From the NCBI GenBank assembly GCA_048940645.1, contig JBHLOI010000024.1, positions 1 through 50,167 on the forward strand: DNA of 50,167 nucleotides, given 5' to 3'. Position 1 is the stretch's first letter, and the number at the start of each line of letters is the position of its first letter. A program made the position numbers and the translations under genes. Below are positions 10,099 to 19,919 of this stretch, one piece after another. The notes below the pieces were generated by a model, which was not told the DNA's origin, ran no database searches, and saw nothing but the letters and a program-made list of their open reading frames with translations. Source of the DNA: Promethearchaeota archaeon. GTDB lineage: Archaea > Asgardarchaeota > Lokiarchaeia > Sigyniarchaeales > SOKP01.

Positions 10099-10215
10099 TT
10101 CGAAATCATAATAACTGATCGAATTCGATTAATTATAACAAATACGAACATTTAAATATTATTGTTTTAATTTAATAAATATTGAATTCGAAATTATTAA
10201 TAAAAACCGAATTCG
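10099..10215. promoter_or_regulatory. Operator array: three TTCG-N17-CGAA sites plus a half site
   Basis: Sites at 10099-10123, 10124-10148 and 10187-10211, each with a 17-nt spacer; extra TTCG at 10212. Confidence 0.7.
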
Positions 10216-10247
10216 ACAAGCTTGATAAATAAAAAATAAGGTAAAAA

Positions 10248-11681
10248 ATGATGAATAAAAATAAAAATAATGTAATAAAAAATACCTGGCCTGCTTTTGT
10301 TTCAAAAGCTTCCTATGCGATGAATATCAGTGCGGTTTTTTTGAATATTATTATTATTTCAAACTTACTTTGGCCGAATGAGTCATTTCACAGCGCTGAA
10401 TTAGGTTTGATGGTAGCAAGTTCAATGTTTTCAACAGCATTTTCGGGGATTTTCTTTGGGTATTTGACTGATAAATATTCGAGGAAAAATCTATATGTCT
10501 TTTCCGTTACTTTTTATGGAATTGGATTAATTCTGACTGGATTCATTCCAATTGGATTAGGAAATATGTCATTCTATTTCTTTATTGCTACTTTAATAAT
10601 CCAGGGATTTTTTAGTGGAGCTTTTAATCCGATTGAGACCTCATTTGTAAATGACATGGTGGAACAATCAATGCGATCTAAATTCTACGGTTCGATAAAT
10701 GCGATCTTTCAATTAGCTCAAGTGATAGGAATGTTGTTTTCTTCACTTCTATTTCAGAATTTACTCTGGAGACAATTCTACTGGATATTGGGCACTATAA
10801 TTGTATTTGAGGGTATATTAATCTCATTTAAAGCCCAAGAACCTAAAAGAGGTATTCAACAGGAAGAATTAAAGGAAGTTTTAAATTCGTCCGATGTCGA
10901 ATATAAGTATCAACTCACTAAAGAGACTACTCGAATGACAATCTTAAGAAGCACGAATATTATTGCATTTATCGAAGGAATTTTTACGACTATTTTGCTT
11001 GCTATACCCGATTTCTTGTTAATAGCGTATGTAACAGGACCTCCCCATAATATTGCACCCTTTACAACGACAATTTTCATGCTAATGACAGGTTTACCTG
11101 GAGCGATAATTGGTTCTCTATGTTTTGCAAAAATATCTGATAGACTTGCAAAGAAAAATTTCAAATATCGCGTGTATCTGATTATCTTATCGATAGTTGG
11201 GATGTTTGGATCATTCTTAGTGATCTTCATGCTTCCGCTTCCAAATTTTAGTCCTAATGAAGGGAGGAATATAATGATAATTTTTACGAATCCAGAACTT
11301 CTAACTTTAGGTACTATGGCTTTCCTTGCAAAAATGATATTTACAATTTATTCAATTAACCAACCACCGATCCTACAGAAAATTAATCTTCCTGAGGCTC
11401 AAGGAAAAATAAGTTCAGCAAACCAATTTCTCGAGTTAATAGGATCAGGTCTAGGGCCGATGTTAGCAGGATTCTTATTAATTAATTTTAATCAAAACTA
11501 TCAACTGACGGTTCTTATTTCAGTGCTCATTGGTATGATTGGTTGTATGGTATGGCTTTTTGGAGCTAGATCAATAAACAAAGACATTCTAAGAATATCA
11601 TCAATACTAGATAATCGAGCAGCGGAACTAAAAGAAAAAAATCAAATTACCAATAAATTAAGCATAATAGCACATCATTAA
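10248..11681 (+). CDS. MFS transporter
   Basis: Motif A GYLTDKYSRK; about 12 TM segments. Confidence 0.9.
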   Translation: MMNKNKNNVIKNTWPAFVSKASYAMNISAVFLNIIIISNLLWPNESFHSAELGLMVASSMFSTAFSGIFFGYLTDKYSRKNLYVFSVTFYGIGLILTGFIPIGLGNMSFYFFIATLIIQGFFSGAFNPIETSFVNDMVEQSMRSKFYGSINAIFQLAQVIGMLFSSLLFQNLLWRQFYWILGTIIVFEGILISFKAQEPKRGIQQEELKEVLNSSDVEYKYQLTKETTRMTILRSTNIIAFIEGIFTTILLAIPDFLLIAYVTGPPHNIAPFTTTIFMLMTGLPGAIIGSLCFAKISDRLAKKNFKYRVYLIILSIVGMFGSFLVIFMLPLPNFSPNEGRNIMIIFTNPELLTLGTMAFLAKMIFTIYSINQPPILQKINLPEAQGKISSANQFLELIGSGLGPMLAGFLLINFNQNYQLTVLISVLIGMIGCMVWLFGARSINKDILRISSILDNRAAELKEKNQITNKLSIIAHH

Positions 11682-11798
11682 TTTCTAATTTTCTTCTCTC
11701 TTATATTATATAATAAAAAAAGATACTAATTAACAAAAAGTATAAAGTGAATATAATTATGAATAAAGGAGATTTTTTATGGGATATTGGTGGAAAAG

Positions 11799-13301
11799 TT
11801 ATATTCTAACCTTAATGTCATGTTTTAAGAGAAATAATTTTAGTTCATTTATGAAAATTGTTTTTCTATGAAATAGAGAAGCAGCTAAAACAGCCTCAGC
11901 TCCATGCTTAATCGCTTGGTAAAAATGTTCATAATTCCCGGCACCCCCCGAGGCAATAATCGGAACTGAAATAAGTTTAGAAAGAGTATTAATTAATTTC
12001 AAGTCATACCCTGTCTGAGTTCCATCTTTATCCATGCTAGTGACTAACAATTCTCCTGCACCCCTTTCTACCACTTCTTTAGCCCATTGTAGCCCATCCA
12101 ATCCTGTGGATTCTGTTCCAGATTTGATATATACTTCCCAGCTCTTAGCTTTTTTCTTTACATCAATGGCAACAACAATTGATTGGCTTCCAAACTTCTG
12201 AGAAGCCTCGTTGACTATTTTGGGATGGTCCACTGCTGCAGTGTTTATGCTTACTTTTTCTGCTCCCGCTTTTATAATATTAGTAATATCTTTCAAATTT
12301 TTTATGCCTCCTCCTACAGTAAGAGGAATGTAGACTTCTTCAGCCACATTTCTTATAATCTGTATCATACTTTCTCGATTTTCTAATGTGGCTGAAATGT
12401 CTAGAAATACTAATTCATCCGCACCTTGAAAGTTGTAAAATTTAGCTAATTCCACTGGGTCCCCGCTATCTTGTAAATTATTGAACTTAACGCCTTTTAC
12501 TACTCTTCCATCTTTAACATCAAGGCACGGAATTATTCTTTTCGCTAAATTAGTTGGATCATATTTTATTATCAAATCTTTTAAATTTTCATGGCTTATT
12601 TTATTGTTATATAGCGCTTTCCCTACAACTACTCCATCTGTATAGTGTAAAACGGACTTAATATCATTGACTTTGCTTATACCACCAGATGCTATTATTT
12701 TAATGTCGGGATTTTTAATTTTTGAAAGTCTCTTGTATAACATAGTATTAGGTCCGTTTAATGTACCGTCACGTGAAATATCTGTTATTATAAAGTGAGA
12801 AACTCCCTTTTGTTCTAAATTCGTAAAATGAGACTCTAAATTAATTTGAGTGTTTTTAATCCATCCTTTTATTCGTAAATTATCATCAAATGCATCTATT
12901 GCAACAATTATATCATCCTTGTATTTTTTTATTAAATCTTCGAAAAGAGCTTGATTTTCAATGGCGAGAGTCCCAATAATGACTTTATAAACTCCTAAAT
13001 CTAACAGTTCCTTAATTATTCTTTCTGTTCTAATTCCTCCTCCTAGTTGAATTTTACAACCGTATTTACTACTCTCTTTAATTAGAGATAGTATTACATC
13101 ATAATTAGGCCCACTAAAAAAGTCTCCTGATTTTGCTCCATTTAAGTTTATGATATGTATTTGGTCGGCCCCATGATCTATAAATCGCTTCAGAAGTTCA
13201 ACAGGTTTATTAGAGTAAGTCTGTAATTGCTGAAAATCTCCTTTATATAACCTAACAGCATTACCATCATAAAGATCGATAGCTGGAATTATCTTTTTCA
13301 T
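11799..13301 (-). CDS. hisAF: Fused HisA (N-terminal) and HisF (C-terminal)
   Basis: [32 protein letters not shown] (HisA) then [38 protein letters not shown] (HisF) in one frame. Confidence 0.93.
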   Translation of the reverse strand: MKKIIPAIDLYDGNAVRLYKGDFQQLQTYSNKPVELLKRFIDHGADQIHIINLNGAKSGDFFSGPNYDVILSLIKESSKYGCKIQLGGGIRTERIIKELLDLGVYKVIIGTLAIENQALFEDLIKKYKDDIIVAIDAFDDNLRIKGWIKNTQINLESHFTNLEQKGVSHFIITDISRDGTLNGPNTMLYKRLSKIKNPDIKIIASGGISKVNDIKSVLHYTDGVVVGKALYNNKISHENLKDLIIKYDPTNLAKRIIPCLDVKDGRVVKGVKFNNLQDSGDPVELAKFYNFQGADELVFLDISATLENRESMIQIIRNVAEEVYIPLTVGGGIKNLKDITNIIKAGAEKVSINTAAVDHPKIVNEASQKFGSQSIVVAIDVKKKAKSWEVYIKSGTESTGLDGLQWAKEVVERGAGELLVTSMDKDGTQTGYDLKLINTLSKLISVPIIASGGAGNYEHFYQAIKHGAEAVLAASLFHRKTIFINELKLFLLKHDIKVRI

Positions 13302-13308
13302 AGTATAA

Positions 13309-13902
13309 TTACCTCTTAATTAGAAAGATGAAATATTTAATCACATCATCACCTGTGTTTTTACTTTTTTCTGGATGAAATTGAGTTCCCATTATATGAT
13401 CTTTTAAGATTATAACGGGGATAGAGATTCCGTGGGTAACATAAGAAATGATTATGTTTTTTTCATTAGGATTACAATAGTACGAGTGGTTAAAGTAGGC
13501 ATAGCTATAAAAATAAGGTTCTGAAATTGGGATTAACCTATTCCATCCTGTATGGGGAATTCTAATAGATTCTTTTTGTTTTAATTTAATCACCTTACCT
13601 GGGATGATATCCAATCCATTTACGTCCATAGATTCTTCAGAATATGAAAAAAGTAGTTGCATACCTAAACAAATGCCCAGAGTTGGGACACGTCTTATGA
13701 TAGTTTTTAATGGGTTGAATAAATCGTATTGTTTGAGTTCTTTGACAGCATCCCCAAATGCCCCCACCCCTGGAAGAATTAATCCTTCTGCTTTCTCTAT
13801 TATAGCTAAGTCTCTTGAAATAATCACTTCTGGATAAAATCTTTCAAAGCTTTTTTGTATTGATCGAAGATTTCCACTGCCATAATCTATTATTACGATC
13901 AT
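13309..13902 (-). CDS. hisH: Imidazole glycerol phosphate synthase, glutaminase subunit
   Basis: IDYGSGNL, LPGVGAFG, GICLGMQ, QFHPEKS. Confidence 0.95.
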   Translation of the reverse strand: MIVIIDYGSGNLRSIQKSFERFYPEVIISRDLAIIEKAEGLILPGVGAFGDAVKELKQYDLFNPLKTIIRRVPTLGICLGMQLLFSYSEESMDVNGLDIIPGKVIKLKQKESIRIPHTGWNRLIPISEPYFYSYAYFNHSYYCNPNEKNIIISYVTHGISIPVIILKDHIMGTQFHPEKSKNTGDDVIKYFIFLIKR

Positions 13903-13913
13903 CCAAATCCCCC

Positions 13914-14525
13914 CTATAGCATTCCTTTACTTGATGGAACTCTCTGATTTCGTTTTGAATCGATTCTTGACGCATAATCTAAAGCTTTTCCAAGAGCCTT
14001 AAATATTGCTTCTGCGATGTGATGGTTATTTTGACCATATAAAACTCTAACGTGGAGCGTTATTTGGGCATTAATTGAAAAGGTATATAAAAAGTGTGTT
14101 ATCAAGTCAACTGGTATCAAACTATCCTCCTTTGAACCTAAAAATGGGTTTACCCACTTTATTTCTTTCACGAAATATGGTCTTGATGAAATATCTACAG
14201 AAACAAACGCTAGGCTCTCATCCATGGGGAAAAAGCAATGTCCAACTCGAGCTATTCCAGATTTGCTTCCCAGGGCTTTATTGAAAGCTTTACCTAAAAC
14301 AATAGCTGTATCTTCAATAATGTGATGATTATCAATATTCAAATCACCCTCAGCAAATACATTCATATCAAAGGAACCATGAATTGCAATCTGGGTAAGA
14401 AGATGATCAAAAAAGCCTATGGATGTATTGATCTCAGAATCACCAGTTCCATCGATATTCAATTTGATTTTAACTTCCGTTTCCTTAGTTTTTCTAGCTA
14501 ACTCAGTTTTTCTTTCCGTTTTAAT
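13914..14525 (-). CDS. hisB: Imidazoleglycerol-phosphate dehydratase (start extended upstream of the track ORF)
   Basis: IDNHHIIED, PMDES, NNHHIAEAIFK, PSSKG; conserved RKTKETEV lies in frame upstream of 14462; start is ATT (14525) or ACG (14519). Confidence 0.92.
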   Translation of the reverse strand: MKTERKTELARKTKETEVKIKLNIDGTGDSEINTSIGFFDHLLTQIAIHGSFDMNVFAEGDLNIDNHHIIEDTAIVLGKAFNKALGSKSGIARVGHCFFPMDESLAFVSVDISSRPYFVKEIKWVNPFLGSKEDSLIPVDLITHFLYTFSINAQITLHVRVLYGQNNHHIAEAIFKALGKALDYASRIDSKRNQRVPSSKGML

Positions 14526-15669
14526 TCACCTCAAAATATAATTTTATTATTTCTATTACTTTTTTCATGTGCACACCTGTACCTATGGATATTCTTAGGC
14601 AATTTGGAAGGCCCGCCTCGAAGTTACGCACTTTAATTTGATTATTAAGAAAATATTGATAAAGAGATTTTGCTATTTCTGCCGATTGAAATCTTAACAA
14701 AATAAAGTTTGCCTCACTTGGATGAAAATAAAAAGCTTTACTTTTTCCTCTTAATTTAAGTAAATCCTTATAAAATTCTTCTCGAATTGACTTAATTTTG
14801 TTAATATTTGCCAAAACCTCCTCTTGCGTGTTTAACAATAAAGAACCGTAGAATAATGCTAGATTATTAACACTATACGGACCTTTTACACGAGTCACTA
14901 TCTTTTTTATGGAAGGGTTAGTTATTATATAGCCTAACCTTAAGCCCGCGAGAGAATGGGATTTACTAAATGACCGTAATATTATCAAATTATTGTAGCT
15001 TTTTGTTAAATCTTTTAAACTTGACTCATTGCTGAAATCTATATAAGCTTCATCAATAATTACCAACTTTTTAAGCTCTAATATTTTTTTAATAAAGTCA
15101 AGAGGTAATAGCATTCCGTCTGGGTTATTTGGCCTCGCTAAAATAATAATCTTTGAAGATTTAGCCATTTGCATAAACTTTTGCTGATCTAAATCATATT
15201 GTGCGATACCCATTACTTCATTAAGCTGTAGTTTTAGGGGTACTGATAAATATTTAGCACCGTTTATTTTCGCATAAAATTTATACATTGAAAAGCTTGG
15301 GCTCACACTTAATACTGCATTTCTTGATGAAGAAAAAATCCTAATGATAAGATCCAACAATTCATCAGAGCCAGAACCCGCAACTAGAAATGAAATAGGA
15401 ACGTTAATTTTCTCAGATAATAGTTTTAAGAAGGTATTAGCGCTTGGATCAGGATAATTTTTAACGAAACTTAACAGATTTAAAGATGCAAGATCTCCTA
15501 AGGGAGGTGTAAACGGATTTTCATTTTTATCTAAATATATTATATTATTTTGAATATGCTCATAATAGGATGGTGGAGTTAAATATTCCGAAGCTAAAAA
15601 CCTCTGAATGATTCTAGATGGTTTGATAGTGTGTGATTCTTTATTCAATTTTATCCCCTTCCTCCTCAA
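14521..15669 (-). CDS. hisC: Histidinol-phosphate aminotransferase
   Basis: LDKNENPF, GSGSDE, PNNPDG, DEAY, RSFSKSHSLAGLRLG; true start possibly TTG near 15648. Confidence 0.92.
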   Translation of the reverse strand: MRRKGIKLNKESHTIKPSRIIQRFLASEYLTPPSYYEHIQNNIIYLDKNENPFTPPLGDLASLNLLSFVKNYPDPSANTFLKLLSEKINVPISFLVAGSGSDELLDLIIRIFSSSRNAVLSVSPSFSMYKFYAKINGAKYLSVPLKLQLNEVMGIAQYDLDQQKFMQMAKSSKIIILARPNNPDGMLLPLDFIKKILELKKLVIIDEAYIDFSNESSLKDLTKSYNNLIILRSFSKSHSLAGLRLGYIITNPSIKKIVTRVKGPYSVNNLALFYGSLLLNTQEEVLANINKIKSIREEFYKDLLKLRGKSKAFYFHPSEANFILLRFQSAEIAKSLYQYFLNNQIKVRNFEAGLPNCLRISIGTGVHMKKVIEIIKLYFEVN

Positions 15670-16981
15670 TTCTGTTATAATATCCTCTTAAACTAGCTGC
15701 CTTTGCATGTCCTGTTAACTTTTCGGATTCTGCCATTTTTTCAGCGTATTTAGACAAGTTTAGTGCAACCTCTTTATTTAAGTATACCAAATTGATTCTC
15801 TTAACAAAATCGGAAACTGATAAAGCGGAGGAAAAACGAGCAGTTCCATTAGTGGGCATTACATGACTGGGACCAGCAATATAGTCACCTAATACTTCAA
15901 AGGAATTTTCTCCAATAAAAATGCCTCCAGCATTTTCTATTTGATTTAAAGCTGTCATAGGGTCTTTAACCATAAGCGATAGATGTTCAGGCGCAAACTC
16001 ATTTGAAATTTGAATTGATTCTTCTAATGAACTTGTTAAAATGATACCACCTTTGTTCTGAATAGAGTTCTCAATGATTTCATTTCTTTCCAGGTCCCTA
16101 ATTTGCCTTTTTAACTCATTTTTGATGTATGAAATTAAATTTCGATTGGAAGTAACTAATATGGGAATTGCTAAAGGATCATGTTCTGCTTGAGCCAGTA
16201 GATCGGAAGTAATAAGTGAAGGATTTGCTGTTTCATCAGCGATGATTATGACTTCAGTTGGCCCATATATTCCATCAATTCCTACGATTCCATATACTTC
16301 TTTTTTAGCTAAATTTACATAAATATTTCCGGGACCTACAATTTTATCTACTTTAGGAACCTGATCAGTTCCGAATGCCATGGCAGCAATAGCTTGAGCA
16401 CCTCCCATTTTAAATAGACGAATATTTACACCAAATTTTTTAATCAATCCACAAGTTGCTAGAATAATATTAGGCAAAGCTCCGTTTTTTTCTGGGGGAG
16501 AAGCAAAGATGATGTCTTTAGTTCCTGCTACGACAGCGGGTATGGCTGTCATTAATATTGAGGAAAACAAAGGAGTTTTACCTCCTGGAATATAAATTCC
16601 TATCTTTTTAATTGGTTTTATTATTTGACCTAATTGTCCTCCAAGATTGTAATTCATCCATGTTAGGATTGGTTGCGACTTGTGAAATTTATAGATTCTC
16701 TCGCTCGCTATTTCCAAAGCTACTTTTAACTCCGGATTAATAGTCGAGAGACATTCTTCAAAATCAATATCAACTATTTCAAATTGGTCTATATTCACTT
16801 TATCTAACTTTAAAGTCCAATCTTTGAGTGCTTGATCACCCCTTTCCTGGATATCTTTAACAATTTTTCTTACAATTTCCTCTGGGCTAATACTATTACT
16901 ACTGAATTCTGGATTTGAGAGGATAACTTCTCTTTTTAAAATTGTATTTCTTGCCTCATCCGGTGTGTATACTCTAATCAC
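15641..16981 (-). CDS. hisD: Histidinol dehydrogenase
   Basis: GGAQAIAAMAFG, KIVGPGN, GPTE, QAEHD, APEHL, GDYIAGPSHVMPT. Confidence 0.96.
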   Translation of the reverse strand: MIRVYTPDEARNTILKREVILSNPEFSSNSISPEEIVRKIVKDIQERGDQALKDWTLKLDKVNIDQFEIVDIDFEECLSTINPELKVALEIASERIYKFHKSQPILTWMNYNLGGQLGQIIKPIKKIGIYIPGGKTPLFSSILMTAIPAVVAGTKDIIFASPPEKNGALPNIILATCGLIKKFGVNIRLFKMGGAQAIAAMAFGTDQVPKVDKIVGPGNIYVNLAKKEVYGIVGIDGIYGPTEVIIIADETANPSLITSDLLAQAEHDPLAIPILVTSNRNLISYIKNELKRQIRDLERNEIIENSIQNKGGIILTSSLEESIQISNEFAPEHLSLMVKDPMTALNQIENAGGIFIGENSFEVLGDYIAGPSHVMPTNGTARFSSALSVSDFVKRINLVYLNKEVALNLSKYAEKMAESEKLTGHAKAASLRGYYNRIEEEGDKIE

Positions 16982-17993
16982 TATCCATCCCCAAATTCTT
17001 TAATAATTTTATATATCTCAATGGTTCTTCTTCAAAAATATAAAGTGCTGGAGCAACAACTACACCACTGCCACCAATTTCTCGGAGATTTCTTATCGCT
17101 TGTTGTAAATTTTTTCTTTCGACAATAACGTGAACTGCAAACATATTTTCTCTATTTTTGGTAAATACAGCAGATATTGTAGGTCCTTGTAGTCCTTCAA
17201 GCCCTTCTTTAGAGAAAATTGCCTTAGCAATTTCTTCACGACTTTCTCCTCTCATGTTTACGAATACTGATACAAATTTTTGGGCTCTTAAGGTTGCTTC
17301 GATATATTCAATCAATCCCCGAGCAGTTTTTAAAATAGTCTCATTCTTCAGTGATCTGCGATTACCTATAAGTACAGATTCAGAAGTCATTATTTGACCT
17401 CCATTTATCCTTTTTAAACGATTATCCTTTAATGTCTGGCCCGTTGACACAAGATCAACTATAATATCACTATACCCCAACTCTGGATATACCTCAAGAG
17501 AACCATTTCCCTCAATTAATTCATAAGTTATGTCAACTGAATTTAGGAACTGCTTAGTAAGCTTTGGAAATTTTGTAGCAACACGAATTAGCTTTTTATT
17601 CTGTTTAATCTCATCAATTGAATTTTCAGGCCATTCTTCAGGAATGGCTATTTCAAGGCTGCACTTTCCAAAATTTAGCGCATCATGTATAACTATTAAC
17701 TCATTATCATATTTGGGTAAATATTCACGAACTAAATCGTAGCCAACTATTCCCATTTCTAATGATCCATTTAATACCCCCCTAACAATATCTACTTGAC
17801 GTTGATAAACTAGTTGGAGATTAATGGGCCCCTCTATTGTTCCAATATATTGTCTGTTGTTTCTTTGTATATTAAATCCACAGGATCTTAAGAACTCCTG
17901 AGTTTCACTTTCCATTCTTCCCTTTGAAGGGATAGCTAGTCTTACCTTTCTTGATTTATACTTTGGAGATGATATTTGTAGCTCTTTTCTCAT
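16974..17993 (-). CDS. hisG: ATP phosphoribosyltransferase, long form
   Basis: LAIPSKGR, ATKFP, DIIVDLVSTGQTL..NRL; C-terminal regulatory domain GLQGPTIS...GGSGVVV. Confidence 0.95.
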   Translation of the reverse strand: MRKELQISSPKYKSRKVRLAIPSKGRMESETQEFLRSCGFNIQRNNRQYIGTIEGPINLQLVYQRQVDIVRGVLNGSLEMGIVGYDLVREYLPKYDNELIVIHDALNFGKCSLEIAIPEEWPENSIDEIKQNKKLIRVATKFPKLTKQFLNSVDITYELIEGNGSLEVYPELGYSDIIVDLVSTGQTLKDNRLKRINGGQIMTSESVLIGNRRSLKNETILKTARGLIEYIEATLRAQKFVSVFVNMRGESREEIAKAIFSKEGLEGLQGPTISAVFTKNRENMFAVHVIVERKNLQQAIRNLREIGGSGVVVAPALYIFEEEPLRYIKLLKNLGMDSD

Positions 17994-18898
17994 TTATTTC
18001 GCCTCCATAATTCATTTATAATTTCATCTGGCTGTATTTTATTTTTAGCCATTAAAACAAGGATAAAATATGTTAAGTCAGCAATTTCCCAGATTAAGTT
18101 ATCTCTATTAGTATAATTTATCAATTCCAGACTCTCTTCTTGAATTTTCGATAATAAATATTCATTATCTTCAGCGAGTCTTTTAGTATAGGATTCTCTT
18201 ATTCCATAGTTTTCAATGCGATCATTGATTAAATCATAAAGATACTTTATTGAAAATTTCACATTTCGAAAACAAGAATAAGATCCCGTATGACATGCAA
18301 CACCTATTTGCTTTACTCTAAATAACAATGAATCGGTATCACAATCATAAAAAATTCTTTTCACGATTTGAATATTGCCTGATTCTTCCCCTTTTATCCA
18401 AAGACAATTTCGCGATCTACTGAAGTAGGTCGCTCTTTTGGTCATAATAGTATGCTTTATCGATTCTTTTGATGAATATGCAAGCATTAAAACAATATTA
18501 TTTTGGTCTTGTACCACTGTTGGAATTAGTCCATTCGATTTTTCAAAATTTAAAATCGGTAACAATCGATTGTCTATGAATGAATAATCCATCTTTAGGT
18601 CGAAGTTTATTATCTCATTTTCATTATAAGATTCAAGTTCAAAACTATTTATCCCGTGCATTTTTAGTAGCGATTTTAGCTCTTTTTGGTTGGGCTCTAA
18701 ACTAATCCCTAATTCAATTTTTTTAGAAGCATCCTTGAGGGTTCCATCTTTTATCAGTGCTACAATACTGTTATTATTAGCCTTAAGAATAAGAGTAACA
18801 TATAAATCCCAACCTCGTTTTATAAATACTCCATCTATGAACTCCCTTAACCCTCCAATCTTTTCAAGTTCCTTCATATCTATTTTCAATATTAACAT
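17990..18898 (-). CDS. hisIE: Bifunctional PR-AMP cyclohydrolase/PR-ATP pyrophosphatase with N-terminal extension
   Basis: GLIPTVVQD, SRSR..LW.KGEESG, DCDTD, ACHTG..SCF (HisI); SYT..L, EIADL (HisE). Confidence 0.92.
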   Translation of the reverse strand: MLILKIDMKELEKIGGLREFIDGVFIKRGWDLYVTLILKANNNSIVALIKDGTLKDASKKIELGISLEPNQKELKSLLKMHGINSFELESYNENEIINFDLKMDYSFIDNRLLPILNFEKSNGLIPTVVQDQNNIVLMLAYSSKESIKHTIMTKRATYFSRSRNCLWIKGEESGNIQIVKRIFYDCDTDSLLFRVKQIGVACHTGSYSCFRNVKFSIKYLYDLINDRIENYGIRESYTKRLAEDNEYLLSKIQEESLELINYTNRDNLIWEIADLTYFILVLMAKNKIQPDEIINELWRRNK

Positions 18899-18904
18899 AT
18901 TATA

Positions 18905-18984
18905 CCCCCCAAACTGAAATAGTTCAGTTTGTTTAAATTCCGATGAACAATCAATAACAAATATTATTTTAGTTCGTCGGAATT
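18905..18984 (-). promoter_or_regulatory. Two RNA hairpins between the leader stop and the hisIE RBS
   Basis: 13-bp stem with 1 mismatch (18936-18948 / 18972-18984); 9-bp perfect stem with 4-nt loop (18910-18931) that includes the first G of the GGGGGG RBS (18905-18910). Confidence 0.65.
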
Positions 18985-18985
18985 A

Positions 18986-19147
18986 TTAATGATGTAGCCA
19001 ATGATGTACCACTGAATTAAAATATTTAAGAAAATTAACTGGTACATCTTGCGATCTAATAACAAGACAATTATTAGACTCTTCCATAAATGAGATACTC
19101 AATATAGTATAAATTAAGTTAAGATGATTATTTTCATAAAAAATCAA
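18986..19147 (-). CDS. Putative histidine-rich leader peptide of the his operon (53 aa from TTG 19147, or 33 aa from ATG 19087)
   Basis: Translates ...MEESNNCLVIRSQDVPVNFLKYFNSVVHHWLHH*; GGGTGA RBS at 19154-19159; stop codon about 90 nt upstream of hisIE. Confidence 0.65.
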   Translation of the reverse strand: MIFYENNHLNLIYTILSISFMEESNNCLVIRSQDVPVNFLKYFNSVVHHWLHH

Positions 19148-19301
19148 ACAAATTCACCCATATTGAGTTCTTTTTATTATAGCTAGTTTTACTAGCATAT
19201 TTTCAATTTATAACATATTCTATTATATGAGGACTAAAAAAGTTTTCTATAATAATCCTATTCGAATCTGAAAAATAAAAAAAAAAGTGAATTTAGATTA
19301 T

Positions 19302-19817
19302 TCATACTTCGTAAGGAAGCACCCAAAAATAACTAGTCCAAGTCCAGACAATTTGCTCACGATTAATCGTCCCTTGGTAGAAACTGATCTCGTGGTCCAT
19401 TCTATGCTCTCCAACTTCTAAAGAATATGGCTCGTAAATATGATAAAAAACTGTCCAATATACAGGTATACCATCACCAAATACCTCACCATTTTTATCG
19501 TACCACCCAAATTTACTAAATTCAACTTCAACCTCTTCATCTAAAAGGACAGACCAAGAATACGGACGTGACCATAAATGTTGCTGTTGTTCTTCTTTTG
19601 TGGCTCCGCTCGCAAAAATCATATAATTGGTGTCACCAACAAATACCTCAGCATTAGTATGTATTCTTTGTTCACCAGTGATGAGGGAGTTAATTATTAT
19701 TCGACGTCGTTGAGGATATCCCCCATTAGGATTAGCTTGAACAGAGATTATAGGAATTGATAATGTTATCGCGAGTAAGATGGCCAAAAGACTTATATTA
19801 ACTGTTCTTCTTTGCAT
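19302..19817 (-). CDS. Hypothetical secreted protein
   Basis: Signal-peptide-like N-terminus (QRR + hydrophobic + VQA); beta-rich aromatic body. Confidence 0.7.
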   Translation of the reverse strand: MQRRTVNISLLAILLAITLSIPIISVQANPNGGYPQRRRIIINSLITGEQRIHTNAEVFVGDTNYMIFASGATKEEQQQHLWSRPYSWSVLLDEEVEVEFSKFGWYDKNGEVFGDGIPVYWTVFYHIYEPYSLEVGEHRMDHEISFYQGTINREQIVWTWTSYFWVLPYEV

Positions 19818-19851
19818 TTTTATTTACCTCAATTTTTTTAAAAGATTTCTA

Positions 19852-19873
19852 GATCAATCAAATTTGATTGATC
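19852..19873. promoter_or_regulatory. Perfect 22-bp palindrome (candidate operator)
   Basis: GATCAATCAAATTTGATTGATC, about 35 bp upstream of 19302..19817. Confidence 0.6.
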
Positions 19874-19919
19874 AAAAAATAGGTATTTCTTTCGCAAATA
19901 AAAAGATTACTTCGAAAAT

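Noticed and set aside
18910-18931. Intrinsic terminator before hisIE
   Set aside because: The hairpin is followed by a G-run (the RBS), not a U-tract; kept only as a regulatory stem.
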